DNA from: Asterias rubens
Taxonomy: Eukaryota
Length of the DNA stretch: 64,000 nucleotides
Assembly: GCF_902459465.1 (NCBI RefSeq)
Contig: NC_047070.1
Coordinates: forward strand, 12,400,001-12,464,000
Direction: 5' to 3'
Shown in pieces: positions 37,288 through 49,613 of this stretch. Position 1 is the stretch's first letter. Each line of letters begins with the position of its first letter. A program made the translations under genes and the position numbers. The notes under the pieces were generated by a model. That model saw only the letters and a list, made by a program, of their open reading frames with translations, made no database searches and had not been told where the DNA came from.

Positions 37288-40200
37288 ATGGCATATGTAC
37301 GCCATCTTGATGGTTCTACAATGTCTTATTGGACCAAGCGACGTAATGTAGCAAAACAAATTAACCAACACTTGCAAGACATAGTAGATCATGATGAACA
37401 AATTGTAAATGAAACACTTGTTTTGGCAGTTGCGCGTGCAGAAACAATAGATCGAGAACTTATTGAACGCTCAGTAGAAAGTGGGACTCCTGGGAGAAGT
37501 GATGAAGAGCCATGTTCTGAATCTTATCCTGATTTCTTGATTGCAGATGATATTGATAGTGCTGGGTTTAATTATTCTGATAGCGAGTCCGATAGTGATA
37601 GTGATGCATCTCGACTTCCCGAATGTGATCCAAACTCGGAACTTCCCAAAGAGCTAAAACATTGGGCCATCAAACACAACATAACTCACCTTGCCCTTGG
37701 GGAACTGTTACCGGTACTGCAGAAATATCACTCCTCATTGCCTAAAGATCCCCGTACTCTGTTGTCAACAGGTAGATTAGACGGTATCAAAAATATAGAT
37801 GGAGGACAGTATTACCATTTTGGGATAAGGGCTGGCATTGTTGCGACTTTCATGTGCAATCATTCAATCTTCCACAGTTCTCAGAAATTCCACCTTCAAG
37901 TGAATATTGATGGTCTACCAATTTTCAAAAGCAGCAACACACAGCTTTGGCCTATCTTAGGCTTATTGGTTAATCTACCTCAGTCACACTTAAAAGCTGA
38001 GCCATTTGTAATAGGCTTGTTTTCAGGAAAGGAAAAGCCTAAAAACCCAGAAGAATTCTTGTGTGATTTTGTAGATGACATGTCAGATATTGAATCTAAT
38101 GGACTAGAGTACCAGGGACAATTACACAAAGTGTTTGTGTCTGCAATAATATGTGATGCGCCAGCTAGAGCCTATGTCAAGCAAGTGAAGTCTCATTCTG
38201 GTTATTATGGTTGTGAGAAGTGTACTTTTCGTGGTGTCTACGCCGGAAAAATGACATTTCCGAAACTTAATGCCCCATTACGCACTGACCTCTCTTTCAC
38301 TAATAGGTTAGACAATAATCATCACATAGGACCCAACCCATTGAGCCGTCTTTCCAATCTAGGGATGGTTTCAAGATTTCCCCTAGATTATATGCATCTG
38401 GTTGCTTGTGTTCTGGATGAAAGGTCCACTGAAATATCGCCTGGGACGACGTATGTATGGTGTTCCATAGAGGACAGCCTCCGTCGGAGTTGTGAGTTGT
38501 CCGTCGGAGTTGTGAGTTGGGGCGTCGGAGTTGTGAGTTGGGGAGTCGGAGTTGTGGGTTGGCCGTCGTAGTTGTGAGTTGCCCGTCGGAGTTGTGAGTT
38601 GGGCCGTCGTAGTTGTGAGTTGTCCGTCGGAGTTGTGAGTTGGCCGTCGTAGTTGTGAGTTGGGCCGTCGGAGTTGTGAGTTGGCCGTCGTAGTTGTGAG
38701 TTGGGCCGTCGGAGTTGTGAGTTGGCCGTCGTAGTTGTGAGTTGGCCGTCGTAGTTGTGAGTTGGCCGTCGTAGTTGTGAGTTGTCCGTCGGAGTTGTGA
38801 GTTGGGGCGTCGGAGTTGTGAGTTGGGGCGTCGGAGTTGTGGGTTGGCCGTCGTAGTTGTGAGTTGTCCGTCGGAGTTGTGAGTTGGGCCGTCGTAGTTG
38901 TGAGTTGTCCGTCGGAGTTGTGAGTTGGCCGTCGTAGTTGTGAGTTGTCCGTCGGAGTTGTGAGTTGGGCCGTCGGAGTTGTGAGTTGGCCGTCGTAGTT
39001 GTGAGTTGGCCGTCGTAGTTGTGAGTTGTCCGTCGGAGTTGTGAGTTGGCCGTCGTAGTTGTGAGTTATTTGACATTCTATCATTTTTTGTTAATAGTGA
39101 AAACGCCCATTCCTATTTTCATTTATTTTATAACATCGTAGAGAAAACGTTTTTTAAAGATACCTTACAGTTTAGGCCGGTTCGCAGGAATTAAAGATGA
39201 TGGTTAGCCCGTATTCCTCAACAAAATGAAAGAACAAAATATTTACATATTTTTAACGCCAGGAACTGTAGGTAGAACGATTTTTATCCAGACCATTTCA
39301 TTCTGATTGGTTGAGCTCCGGTCAATCAGGAGAATGTGCAACTTACTGAATATTCATGACTGTTCGTTTCGCGCACACTGCGAAATTGTCAGCTATAATG
39401 TGTCACTTTGTGTACAGAAGTACATAATATTCAAGCACCAGACTGCTGCCCAATGTAAATTATTGAAATTGACGTCATAATACAGGAAAATGAAAAGGCT
39501 GATCCAGCCATTCACTGTATTTTGTAATCTTTGAAGTATATATAAAGTAAGTGGCAACAACTCTATATCCTGGGATAATTGCAATTTAACATATTTTGGC
39601 TTTCAGATCGTCTAAAAATCTGGCAATGCATCTGTAAATTGCTACTAGTTTCCCGGGGGATCCATAAGAAGTATAGTTTTTGTTTTTGTTTGAACAGCAA
39701 ATAAACCCACCAAGGATACAAGTCAATAAAACAAACTCAAGGCATCGTCAGATTTATGTCTATAATTTGTTATTTGGAAGCACAGCTTGCATACACACAG
39801 GTCACAGCTCGGGTATCAGGAAAATTTGCATAGTTCCGTTGGCTTATGCGTTCATGCGTTCGTATTTCCGTTTACAACAAACAACATATAAATTATTTCA
39901 AGTTAACCAACTAAAACACTATTCATCCATACCTAGTCAATCCAACTTACATAACACTTTCAAATACTAAAGTTTTAGTATGTGTTTGTGTTTGTTTGTT
40001 TGTTTGTTGGGGTGTTTGTTTAACCTGTTCGTTGAGTGAAATTGTTTGTCCTTTTGTCTCTTGGTTGGACTGACACACCTCTTGGTGACAGTGCAGGCAC
40101 TATTGTCAGTCCTGGCAAACCTGTAGTGTTGATGTCTTTCTGTTGTCCTCAGTCGTGTAGTACTTTTTTCTTTCTTTTTTTCTTTTACTGCCTGCCATCC

Positions 40201-41717
40201 TTTTTATATATCTTGATGTATCCCCCTTGTTACTGTTTTCCAATACAGATGTATGTTTTTATATAATTAATGTTTTAAAGAGTTGTTTCCTTTTCGTATA
40301 AATTTTTGTAATTTTTTGTATTTTATGTGAATTGCCAAATAATAATAATAATAATAAATGATAATAAAGGATGATTTGACCATCTTTGGACTAATTTAAT
40401 GATAGGCATACACTTTAAATTTTATTTAATTTTTATTTAATGTTAAATTGCTATCGGGGTGTAAAAACATATAACGCTTTCATGGTGCCTTGAACGAAAA
40501 AGAATTTAGTGAAAGATTAATGCTAGTTCGTTATAAGGCCCGCATCCTACCTGCAGTTATTAAAGAATATGTTACAATTCATAAACAACATTTCGAAGGG
40601 GCGTAGATAAATATAAAATATCAGATCTGCAACTGACAACATAGTGCTGTGCGAACTAAACATAGGCCTAATTTCCCAATAAAAGCATCGAACACATGGG
40701 TCCATCCATTTCCTGTAGGCATAGGCAAGCAAAAGTGACGAATCGATGGATTCAGCAAGGTATAATTCATCACAATCGGAACTCAATCACATGTGTAGAA
40801 GAACCCGGAAGTAGGCATACGCCACCTATTGACCATTGCAGTTTAGTAAACAAAATAAAAAGTCCGACGGCCAACTCACAACTCCGACGGCCCAACTCAC
40901 AACTCCGACGGCTCTACTCACAACTACGACGGACAACCCACAACTCCGACGGACAACTCACAACTACGACGGACAACCCACAACTACGACACACAACTCA
41001 CAACTCCGACGGCCCAACTCACAACTCCGACGGACAGCCCACAACTCCGACGGCCCAACTCACAACTCCGACGGACAGCCCACAACTACGACGCCCAACT
41101 CACAACTCCGACGCCCCAACTCACAACTCCGACGGACCAACTCACAACTACGACGCACAACTCACAACTCCGACGGACAGCCCACAACTACGACGCACAA
41201 CTCACAACTCCGACGGACCAACTCACAACTACGACGCACAACTCACAACTCCGACGGCCCATGGAGGTAGAATTAGAATTCTACCTCCATGGACGGCCCA
41301 ACTCACAACTCCGACGGCCCAACTCACAACTCCGACGCCCCAACTCACAACTCCGACGGACCAACTCACAACTACGACGCACAACTCACAACTCCGACGG
41401 CCCAACTCACAACTCCGACGCCCCAACTCACAACTCCGACGGACAACTCACAACTACGACGGCCAACTCACAACTCCGACGGCCCAACTCACAACTCCGA
41501 CGCCCCAACTCACAACTCCGACGCCCCAACTCACAACTCCGACGGACAACTCACAACTACGACGGAGGCTGTCCTCTATGGAACACCATACGTATGAGAT
41601 TGCAGGTCTCTGAAACGCTTGTATCTCTTCGCTCTAACATTCCTCATGAATTTGCTAGGAAACCACGTTCCCTCACTGAATTGGACCGATGGAAAGCCAC
41701 TGAATTCAGATTGTTTG
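37288..41717 (+). pseudogene. EnSpm/CACTA (CMC)-type transposase, frameshifted, interrupted and truncated
   Basis: VNIDGLP, LWPIL, ICDAPARA, GYYGCEKC, PLDYMHLV. It resumes after 41591 as MRLQVS...IPHEFARKPRSLTELDRWKATEFRLF. Confidence 0.88.
38455..41591. mobile_element. Foldback-type element with ~0.6-0.7-kb inverted arms built of 20-21-bp tandem repeats
   Basis: Perfect 28-bp outer TIR GTATGGTGTTCCATAGAGGACAGCCTCC. Arrays GTCG(G/T)AGTTGTGAGTTG(G/T)(G)CC at 38481-39066 and the reverse complement at 40863-41565. The target duplication reads as GTAT or CGTATG. Confidence 0.92.
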
Positions 41718-42048
41718 CGTAGCGTTAATGTAGTGTATGGATAGTACGCCAGGCCTAATACGGTTTTGTTTTGCAAACTAAAACAAGGAGAACGTCTTGT
41801 AGCCCCATAGCCTTGAAGTGTGACGTCAGATGTTCAGGCTGAACGTCTTGATCGCTCGGCCCCTCAGCGGGGGCCGAGCAACAACGTCTTGCACCAAGAC
41901 TAGAACGCTGGAGGAGATTGGTTCAAAAGAGGGCGCTGTTATTAATTTGTCTGTGCAAAAGAAGCAGGTCAATTAGAGGTCAACAGTTCTCCGTGCCATC
42001 CATCTGTCCAAAATACAACTTAACAATTTAGTTTGGCAAGAAGTAAAA

Positions 42049-42166
42049 ATGAATTCTTCTCCCATGCAGATTGATTGTCTTATTCCTACAGTTCTAGTAA
42101 TCATTGCTGTGTTGGTTGGAGCAATTTTATTTTACGTGAGTAAGCTTAAGAAGTCTGCTGGTGGTG
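42049..42166 (+). CDS. Candidate first exon encoding an N-terminal signal-anchor peptide (unknown gene or relic)
   Basis: aaaaATG; MNSSPMQIDCLIPTVLVIIAVLVGAILFYVSKLKKSAGG followed by G|gtaagt. Confidence 0.35.
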
Positions 42167-42214
42167 GTAAGTAATTAATATTTATTAAAAATAATTGAGA
42201 GAGACTCCCCAACC

Positions 42215-43210
42215 ATAATATAATATTAATATCCTCCTCTTACCAGTTTTCACGGTATTATGCCTTTTTCTTTGAATTGGGAAACAAATAATGATGCGAT
42301 ATATCAACCGATGCCCTAATTATCTTCATTTGTTTATATTAAGTATGCAAACATAAATTAAAACTTGATGGACATTGAAATGTTCTCACCACACACCGAT
42401 CTCCAATGACTTCAACTGGTCCCATTTGTTTTTCCTGTTTTCACGGCAAACGAGAAAGTATGGTTTCCCGGTGAAGCCATACATGGAAGAAACATCTGCA
42501 GTGACTACAAGTGTTCTTTGAGACTCTCTGTATGACTATATAGCCAGCAGTTGTCTTAATTTTATTCCCAATATTTTTTTATTAAATTTTAAAAATTACC
42601 ATGGTAACTTGCAAAAAAATTAAAACAATAATAAAAAGTGTGAATAATTACTGGCTTTCAAAGCTGATTTATTATTTTTATTATTATTTTTTTATTTCTT
42701 AATATTTATAATAAAGCGTATAAATAAACAGTGATAATTGAATCAACAAGCTGATGTTTAAATGTTAATATTAATAATAATATTGATATGAGGGTTAAAA
42801 AATAAAAATCTCCAAAAATATTAGAAAATGATATAAGGCACATGGCTTCTATAAGCCTCTGTATTTTTTTTCCAGAATGCTCAGCAAAATATTCAGTCAC
42901 ATGGTTTGATCATCATGAATTGTGAATTGAAATAGTGTTTGATGAAACTTTTTCGGTGGGCAAATATTTTTATTATGGCCTCAACATTTTGACATATTTT
43001 TTGTACCTGGTAGAAATGCCTAAAATACCAAACTTTTTGCATTTACAAGTGCAAATAACCAATGGAGCCTTACGTGTTGGTCAAGGGAGAGGAGACTCTT
43101 TGCTTGGCAAATAAAACCACAACATTTTTATCTAGGGACTGTTTACATCGTGCACAGATTTGCCACGATTTTAATTTAGGGACACCTCGAAAACAGGACC
43201 TCCTACGATA
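42215..43210 (+). repeat. Inverted ~1-kb paralog of 34800-34166 joined to 29097-28705 (empty site of the hAT)
   Basis: Colinear reverse-complement alignment, e.g. shared VKGEETLCLANK pseudo-ORFs and CATGGTTTGATCATCATGA. Confidence 0.9.
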
Positions 43211-44304
43211 TCATAAAAGACATGATCATGCCCTGCAAAGTATCCTGGTGTCATGTGTTTTCAGTAGGATAACAGGAAAATTGTTCACAATCAAAAACTG
43301 AATGTTTTTTATTTTAAATCATCTATCCAATTTTTTAACAATAACACTTACACTTCATGGTGTGTTGAAATTTTTAAAGTTTTGGTTTTACGTTGCGAGA
43401 GACAGTCCGCCATTAACAGTGCTTATGCATGCACGACATTGGAGTAACGTCATATTTTTCACACCTTTCATTGGTTGGTATTTTAGTGAATATTCAGAAG
43501 CTAGTATGGCGTGCAAAATAAATCAAAAATATTATTCAATTACTACTTAACAAATTTAATTACATTTTTGTCCTTTCAGGCATTATGGCTACTATATTAG
43601 AATCCAGAGATATCATAAGGCATGAAAGTAAAACACCCCACCCCCCCTTGAAGCACACACACTTCATAACAATCCCTTTTCCCCCATTTCAGACCAGTAA
43701 TGTTTGGTTTCAGGAGATAAGAAACCAATCTATGATATTTTCTCTTTAATATAGACTTAATATATATTACGCTAAATCAGAATTTATTACAGTATGCAGT
43801 TAATCAAAAAAAAAAAAAATCCACATATTTTTCACTTAAATAATTTTAATTTTTTCCCCATATTGGCACACCATAGAATCCCAAAAAGTAACCACCTCAC
43901 GTGATCCATCTACTGACTAAAGCAGAATGAAACTCAATCTTGCAGATAGTAATTTTCGTTTGAACTTTCGATGTTTCTTTGACTCATTTGAATGTTGGCA
44001 TAATAATGCACTAGTGATTTGTACAAAAAATCAATCATGTTATAAATGTTTGAGCATAACCAACAACAGGAAACTTTATTCTCAGCATGATTAAGCCTGA
44101 TGAAAATACAAACCGTGAGTAAACTGCATAGCTTCTGTCACCAGTGCAGCTTGCTCAATCTCGCGGTAAACAAGAATCAAAGTTGGGGTTCGAAAACATA
44201 TGAGGGTCGAAAACATATGACGCTACGATACAACAATGCATACTCTCTCTCAGGTATTTAATTGATTGATGGTCTACCATGACTGTCTTGGTCTAGGACT
44301 CTCT

Positions 44305-44399
44305 TAGACCCAGTAACTGTACTCCTTTTTCGAAATTTTTACATTCTCTGTCGTACTAGCTCGAAAAAAAGGAGTACAGCGCCCCAGTTACTGGGTCTA
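44305..44399. mobile_element. 95-bp MITE-like hairpin
   Basis: TAGACCCAGTAACTG / CAGTTACTGGGTCTA ends plus inner TACTCCTTTTTCGA / TCGAAAAAAAGGAGTA. Confidence 0.7.
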
Positions 44400-45525
44400 G
44401 TAGAATAAAGGATGCTAGATCCCAATAAAACTGTCTGGTTCTGGTTGATAACCAATGCGCACAATGGTTGAGATCCAATTCAAAAATGCAAATGTCAAAA
44501 TTGTTTGAAATTAGTACAGAGCCCCAGTTCCGAATCCTGGGTCTAGGTGGAAGCTACTGGCTGCAGTGGTGGGTACTCCTACCTAGTCCTACTCCTAGAA
44601 CTACATGATGATGAGGTTCATTCCGCTATATTGTAGCAGAATGAACCTCTAGCTAGTTCTAGGACTCTCAAGTACATGTAGTACTTTTACTCGTGATAAC
44701 TTTCCTCACATGTCACAGCGCTGCCATTTTTTAACTAATTTTTACAAAAAGGGATATCTCATTCATTGAGGTAAATTAGATACCATATTATTTTATATCA
44801 AATGAAAAAGATGTGGCGCCATACAGAAACTTTTCCCTACTACGTACATGTAGTACATGTAGGACTAGTACTACTTTACCAGACTAGTATTATTAAACAT
44901 GGGATAGTTTTACATAACTTTCTAGATCTGCAACAACACCAAATTGTATTTTTTTTTTTAGTCCCAACTTGGTTTAAGAGAATTAAATAACTAACAGCAA
45001 ACTTTGAGGGGTGTTATTTCCACACAGTTTGCAAGTTTATTGAAAACAAAACTCTCCTTCAATACTTTCACTTTAAAATTTTAAAGGAAGAATGGTCTTA
45101 TATGAAATAAAATCACAATGGATTTAGTCAGCAAACTTCTACTTCTTGATTTGACAATGTTCAGTTTTGAGTTAACAGTAACTACAACTTACGGTTTTCA
45201 ATGCGTCGTACTCTTGGATTATGCTGGTTGGAACTGCTTGCCGGGCTGCTTGCCCTCATACATGTGTTGGCTGGCTGGCGGCAATGCCGCGATCAAGTTT
45301 TAAATGATTTGCCTCAGTGGCTGAGTCCACTGAGCTTCGACTTTGGCATAAAAATTGTATGCCAACTGCTGCACAAATCTGCCTCAGGAACATGCACTGG
45401 TTGGTGGCTAGAGCAGAACCTCACACACCTTCTTACTCTCAGGTTTTGATGTCAACTGACTTCTCACAGTATTTGCACAAAGTTCTTTCTCACTCACTTT
45501 CGTTGTTTTCAGCCACACCCTAACT

Positions 45526-46619
45526 AATTGTAGCTGTTTCGTAGCGCAGCGCAGCGCAGCGAACGAAACACCTCTTGTTTTCGTTTAAGTTTTTTTATTT
45601 TTTTTTATTTGTCTTTTTCAGAACCAAAATGTTCTTCGCGCTGTTTTGTACTTTTCCCATTAAGCGATTGCATTGGAACTTTCAGAGAGGAAAGGTATTC
45701 ATGCAATGGTCAACATGTTGTAATTGATGACATCATCACCTGTCACATCATGTCACCTTAAATTTTTCTATATAAAATATTTGAAAATCTATAACAAATC
45801 ACCCACAAGTGACCGTAGGTTTCTGTTTATGGGATTGGGTTGGAATAAAAAAGATTTTTCTTTGGTTTTTGTAACCCATATATACGATGATGTGTGTAGC
45901 ACTGTATACTCAGTACTTTCCCGTGTCATGTGAAAAAAATCACAGGCATATTACTCAGATGGGAATCGAACCCCTGACCTTTGCAATTCTAGAGCAGTGT
46001 CATACCAACTAGACCACCGAAATTGCCCGGTAGCTAGAGGCAGTTCTCATCCTACGTTTTAGCAGCGGGTACTGCAAACGATTTAATGGTAAACTTGCAT
46101 CGGGGATAAAGAATATTAATTTTGGTTTTACCCCAATACACCGATGTGTGTAGCACTGTATACTTAGTACTTTCCCGCGTCCTGTGAAAAATTAATATTC
46201 TTCATCCCCGATGCAAATTTACTATCTATTAAATCGTTTGCAGTACCCGCTGCTAAAACATAGGATTAGAACTGCCTCTAGCTACCGGGCAATCTCAGTG
46301 GTTTACATGTAGTTGGTATGACACTGCTCTAGAATTGCAAAAGTCGTGGGTTCGAAACCCACCCGAGTAATATGCTTGTGATTTTTTTTTTAATATTCTT
46401 TATCCCCGATGCAAATTTACCATTTAATAAAACAAATCTTCATTTTATTTTGTGTGCATGACCCACATGACCTCTACTTCTGGTCGAAACCGGAAGTGCC
46501 TTTTAAATAATTCAAAAGTGGCAAAAGTTATTAAGTTGCTTTCAACAATAATAGTGTCTAGCAAGGGCAGCGTGGGCAGTTAAAAAAAATATCGATGACG
46601 TCACATAACGCAACAGGGC
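45526..46619 (+). mobile_element. HINE-like copy C (5' half of family A/B), interrupted by tRNA-derived repeats
   Basis: Starts GCTGTTTCG..CGAAACAC. 45690-45885 and 46440-46619 are the reverse complement of A 15075-14700. Confidence 0.7.
45885..46430. repeat. Inverted pair of the tRNA-derived 258-bp unit
   Basis: Minus copy 45885-46180, then plus copy 46185-46430 with GGTTCGAAACCC. Confidence 0.8.
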
Positions 46620-47800
46620 AGTTCCACAGTCTGACGATGTCGGACGTACATTTCGGGCACTTTAACAGAGTGTAATATTAAAGTGATATAAATAACAGGA
46701 ATTTCTATTCTGATTGAGATTTAAGGTAGTAGTTATTTTTTCAAAAAATTATTCATCCACATCTTTGGATATGTAGAAGCCATTCGCTCAAGACACCATG
46801 GTGTGGGACGTACTCAGAGAAACGCCTTTTTATGGAAACCAATATTTGTAGTTCAAACTCTGTGATGAACTTTGATGCATTTTTTTCTTATTTATGGATT
46901 CATCAGACCTCTGTTAATACACTTCACAATAAGACATTTGTTTTTTAAATTTGAATTTTAAGAAACGGCGATTAAAATATTGGTGTCGGACGTACATTTC
47001 ATAGTGTTGAATGTACCTGTCTGAAATTGCATAAAAAAATAGCCTATACAATCAGTTCAACTTTTCACTTGTAATGCAAGTTGTACATGATATGAATATC
47101 CTTTTGCATTGCTGTGGCAACCGAAAATGGGCAAAAAACCCCAGTTTCAAAATGTTGAGAAAGAGATCCATGCAAAACAACATTTGGTCAAATATACATG
47201 TACATTGTAGATTGGACTTGTAATTGTTAAAGTTTAAAGTTGGTGGGTAACTGTTGCCAAGGTCAAAGGTCACAAAAAATGTTGAGTGAAATCTGTTTTG
47301 ATATTTTCTGTCAAGAACCAACTTTGAAACCTTGCCAACATTTTACTAAATGAATAAGAGCTCTATCCTTACTTATGTAACCACATGTACAGTATTTACC
47401 AAAATAGTGCAAAATCAAGCTTTTCTGATATTAATTATACGTACCAGTGGGTTTTGGAAATGGAAATTAAATTTTTCTGCAGACTAAAATTATTGTGTAG
47501 AAAAAAAGGAATGGGATACAGGTGTTTTGATGCTTTGTATGTTTTTTTAAAGGCCTTCAAAAAGGCGTTTCTCATATTTATTTCGGGGGTGTCGGATACG
47601 TACATGTACTGGTGTTGAACGTACAAACAAAATGTACGTCCGACACCAGGATTTTGTACAATTAAGAAGATTTAAAAAAATATATATCTGTATGTATAGA
47701 TAGAGGGTATCAGTTGTGCTTTATAATGGAAATTTAAACAATTTCTGCCAACGGTTGAAATAGGGAGATTAAAATTCACTATTTTGGTGTCGGACTCACA
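46620..47800. mobile_element. Unclassified non-coding element with repeated GTCGGACGTACA motifs
   Basis: The motif or variants occur at ~46639, 46803, 46985, 47590, 47635 (inverted) and 47787. Confidence 0.4.
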
Positions 47801-48390
47801 TCGTAAAAGTAAGTTTCCTATTTTTATTGAACATCATAAAGAAAATTTTAGGTTTTTTCCCCATCATTGTGTTGTTACTAAAGCAAACTTCAAACAGGTA
47901 CAAAATCAAAACAAACACTATTCAATCAGGATAAAAACATGGATTAATTCGGCAAAATATTTTTGTTGAGCCAATTTCACTATTTTTCAGTGTTTCAGTA
48001 TTTTTTCAATGAAACCCTAGTTAAAGGTTTAAAGAAACATTCCACCATATGAACAAAGTTACTAATGGTATCCAGCAAAAAATACTGTGTGTGTGCAACA
48101 AAAGCTTATTTCAACAAAAGGAACATACATGTACCACATGGTTAACACTGGTGCATCTAACAAAACCACAGCCTGAGTATGTGTACCTGGTGATCTTAAC
48201 TAGTTTGAGTAATGCTAATAAGACTGTTCCATTAATTGTTTTTAAAGGTCAGTTAAAATAAGGACTGATTCATTTTATCTACACGTAAGTAACAAAATAA
48301 AGGAACAATTTAAACTACATTGTGACAGAGTACAGAGCCCCGGTTACTGGGTCTAGCTCCACTTAGTAAGTTCGTCCAAACTTAGAGTAT

Positions 48391-49613
48391 GCCACAGCAG
48401 CCTGGGCCAAACATAGTTAAAAGAACTGTCAAGCCACATCAGTCTTAGACCAACATAGTCAAAAGAACTGTCAAGCCACAGCAGTCTTAGACCAACATAG
48501 TCAAAAGAACTGTCAAGCCACAGCAGTCTTAGACCAACATAGTCAAAAGAACTGTCAAGCCACAGCGGTCTTAGACCAACATAGTCAAAAGAACTGTCAA
48601 GCCACAGCAGTCTTAGACCAACATAGTCAAAAGAACTGTCCAGCCACATCAGTCTTAGACCAACATACATGTAGTCAAAAGAACTGTCCAGCCACAGCAG
48701 TCTTAGACAACATAGTCAAAAGAACTGTCAAGCCACAGCAGTCTTAGACCAACATAGTCAAAAGAACTGTCAAGCCACAGCAGTCTTAGACCAATATAGT
48801 CTAAAGAACTGTCAAGCCACATCAGCCTTAGACCAACATAGTCAAAAGAACTGTCAAGCCACAGCAGTCTTAGACCAACATAGTCAAAAGAACTGTCAAG
48901 CCACAGCAGTCTTAGACCAACATAGTCAAAAGAACTGTCAAGCCACAGCAGTCTTAGACCAACATAGTCAAAAGAACTGTCCAGCCACATCAGTCTTAGA
49001 CCAACATACATGTAGTCAAAAGAACTGTCAAGCCACAGCAGTCTTAGACCAACATAGTCAAAAGAACTGTCAAGCCACAGCAGTCTTAGACCAATATAGT
49101 CTAAAGAACTGTCAAGCCACATCAGCCTTAGACCAACACAGTCAAAAGAACTGTCAAGCCACAGCAGTCTTAGACCAACACAGTCAAAAGAACTGTCAAG
49201 CCACAGCAGTCTTAGACCAACATAGTCAAAAGAACTGTCAAGCCACATCAGTCTTAGACCAACATAGTCAAAAGAACTGTCAAGCCACATCAGCCTTAGA
49301 CCAACATAGTCAAAACAGCTGTCAAGCGACGGCAGTCTTAGACCAACATAGTCAAACGAACTGTCAAGCCACAGCAGTCTTAGACCAACATAGTCAAAAC
49401 AGCTGTTAAGCCACCGTAGTCTTAGACCAACATAGTCAAACGAACTGTCAAGCCACAGCAGTCTTAGACCAACATAGTCAAAAGAACTGTCAAGCCACAG
49501 CAGCCTTAGACCAACAAAGTCAAAATAACTGTCAAGCCACGGCAGTCTTAGACCAACATAGTCAAACGAACTGTCAAGCCACAGCAGTCTTAGACCAACA
49601 TAGTCAAATGAAC
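48391..49613. repeat. 42-bp minisatellite, ~29 units
   Basis: GCAGTCTTAGACCAACATAGTCAAAAGAACTGTCAAGCCACA repeated. One more unit lies at 57488-57532. Confidence 0.97.

Noticed and set aside
39393-39584. Ulp1/C48 protease-like motif VNFNNLHW in the foldback core
   Set aside because: It is a single short motif. The expected downstream D and Q..C motifs are not found in order and the frame is short.
38300-41722. Long ORFs with THNSDG/NSQLRR/QLTTPT repeats, and the array as a possible CRISPR
   Set aside because: These are translations of the 20-21-bp tandem arms. The repeats are contiguous with no unique spacers and there are no cas genes.
45300-45525. LCKYCEKSVD Zn-finger-like fragment on the minus strand
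   Set aside because: It is surrounded by stops with no supporting domain, and is too short to call.
48353-49290. LRLLWLDSSFDYVG repeat ORFs (LRR-like look) and possible CRISPR
   Set aside because: They are the 42-bp minisatellite read on the minus strand, with no spacers and no flanking gene structure.
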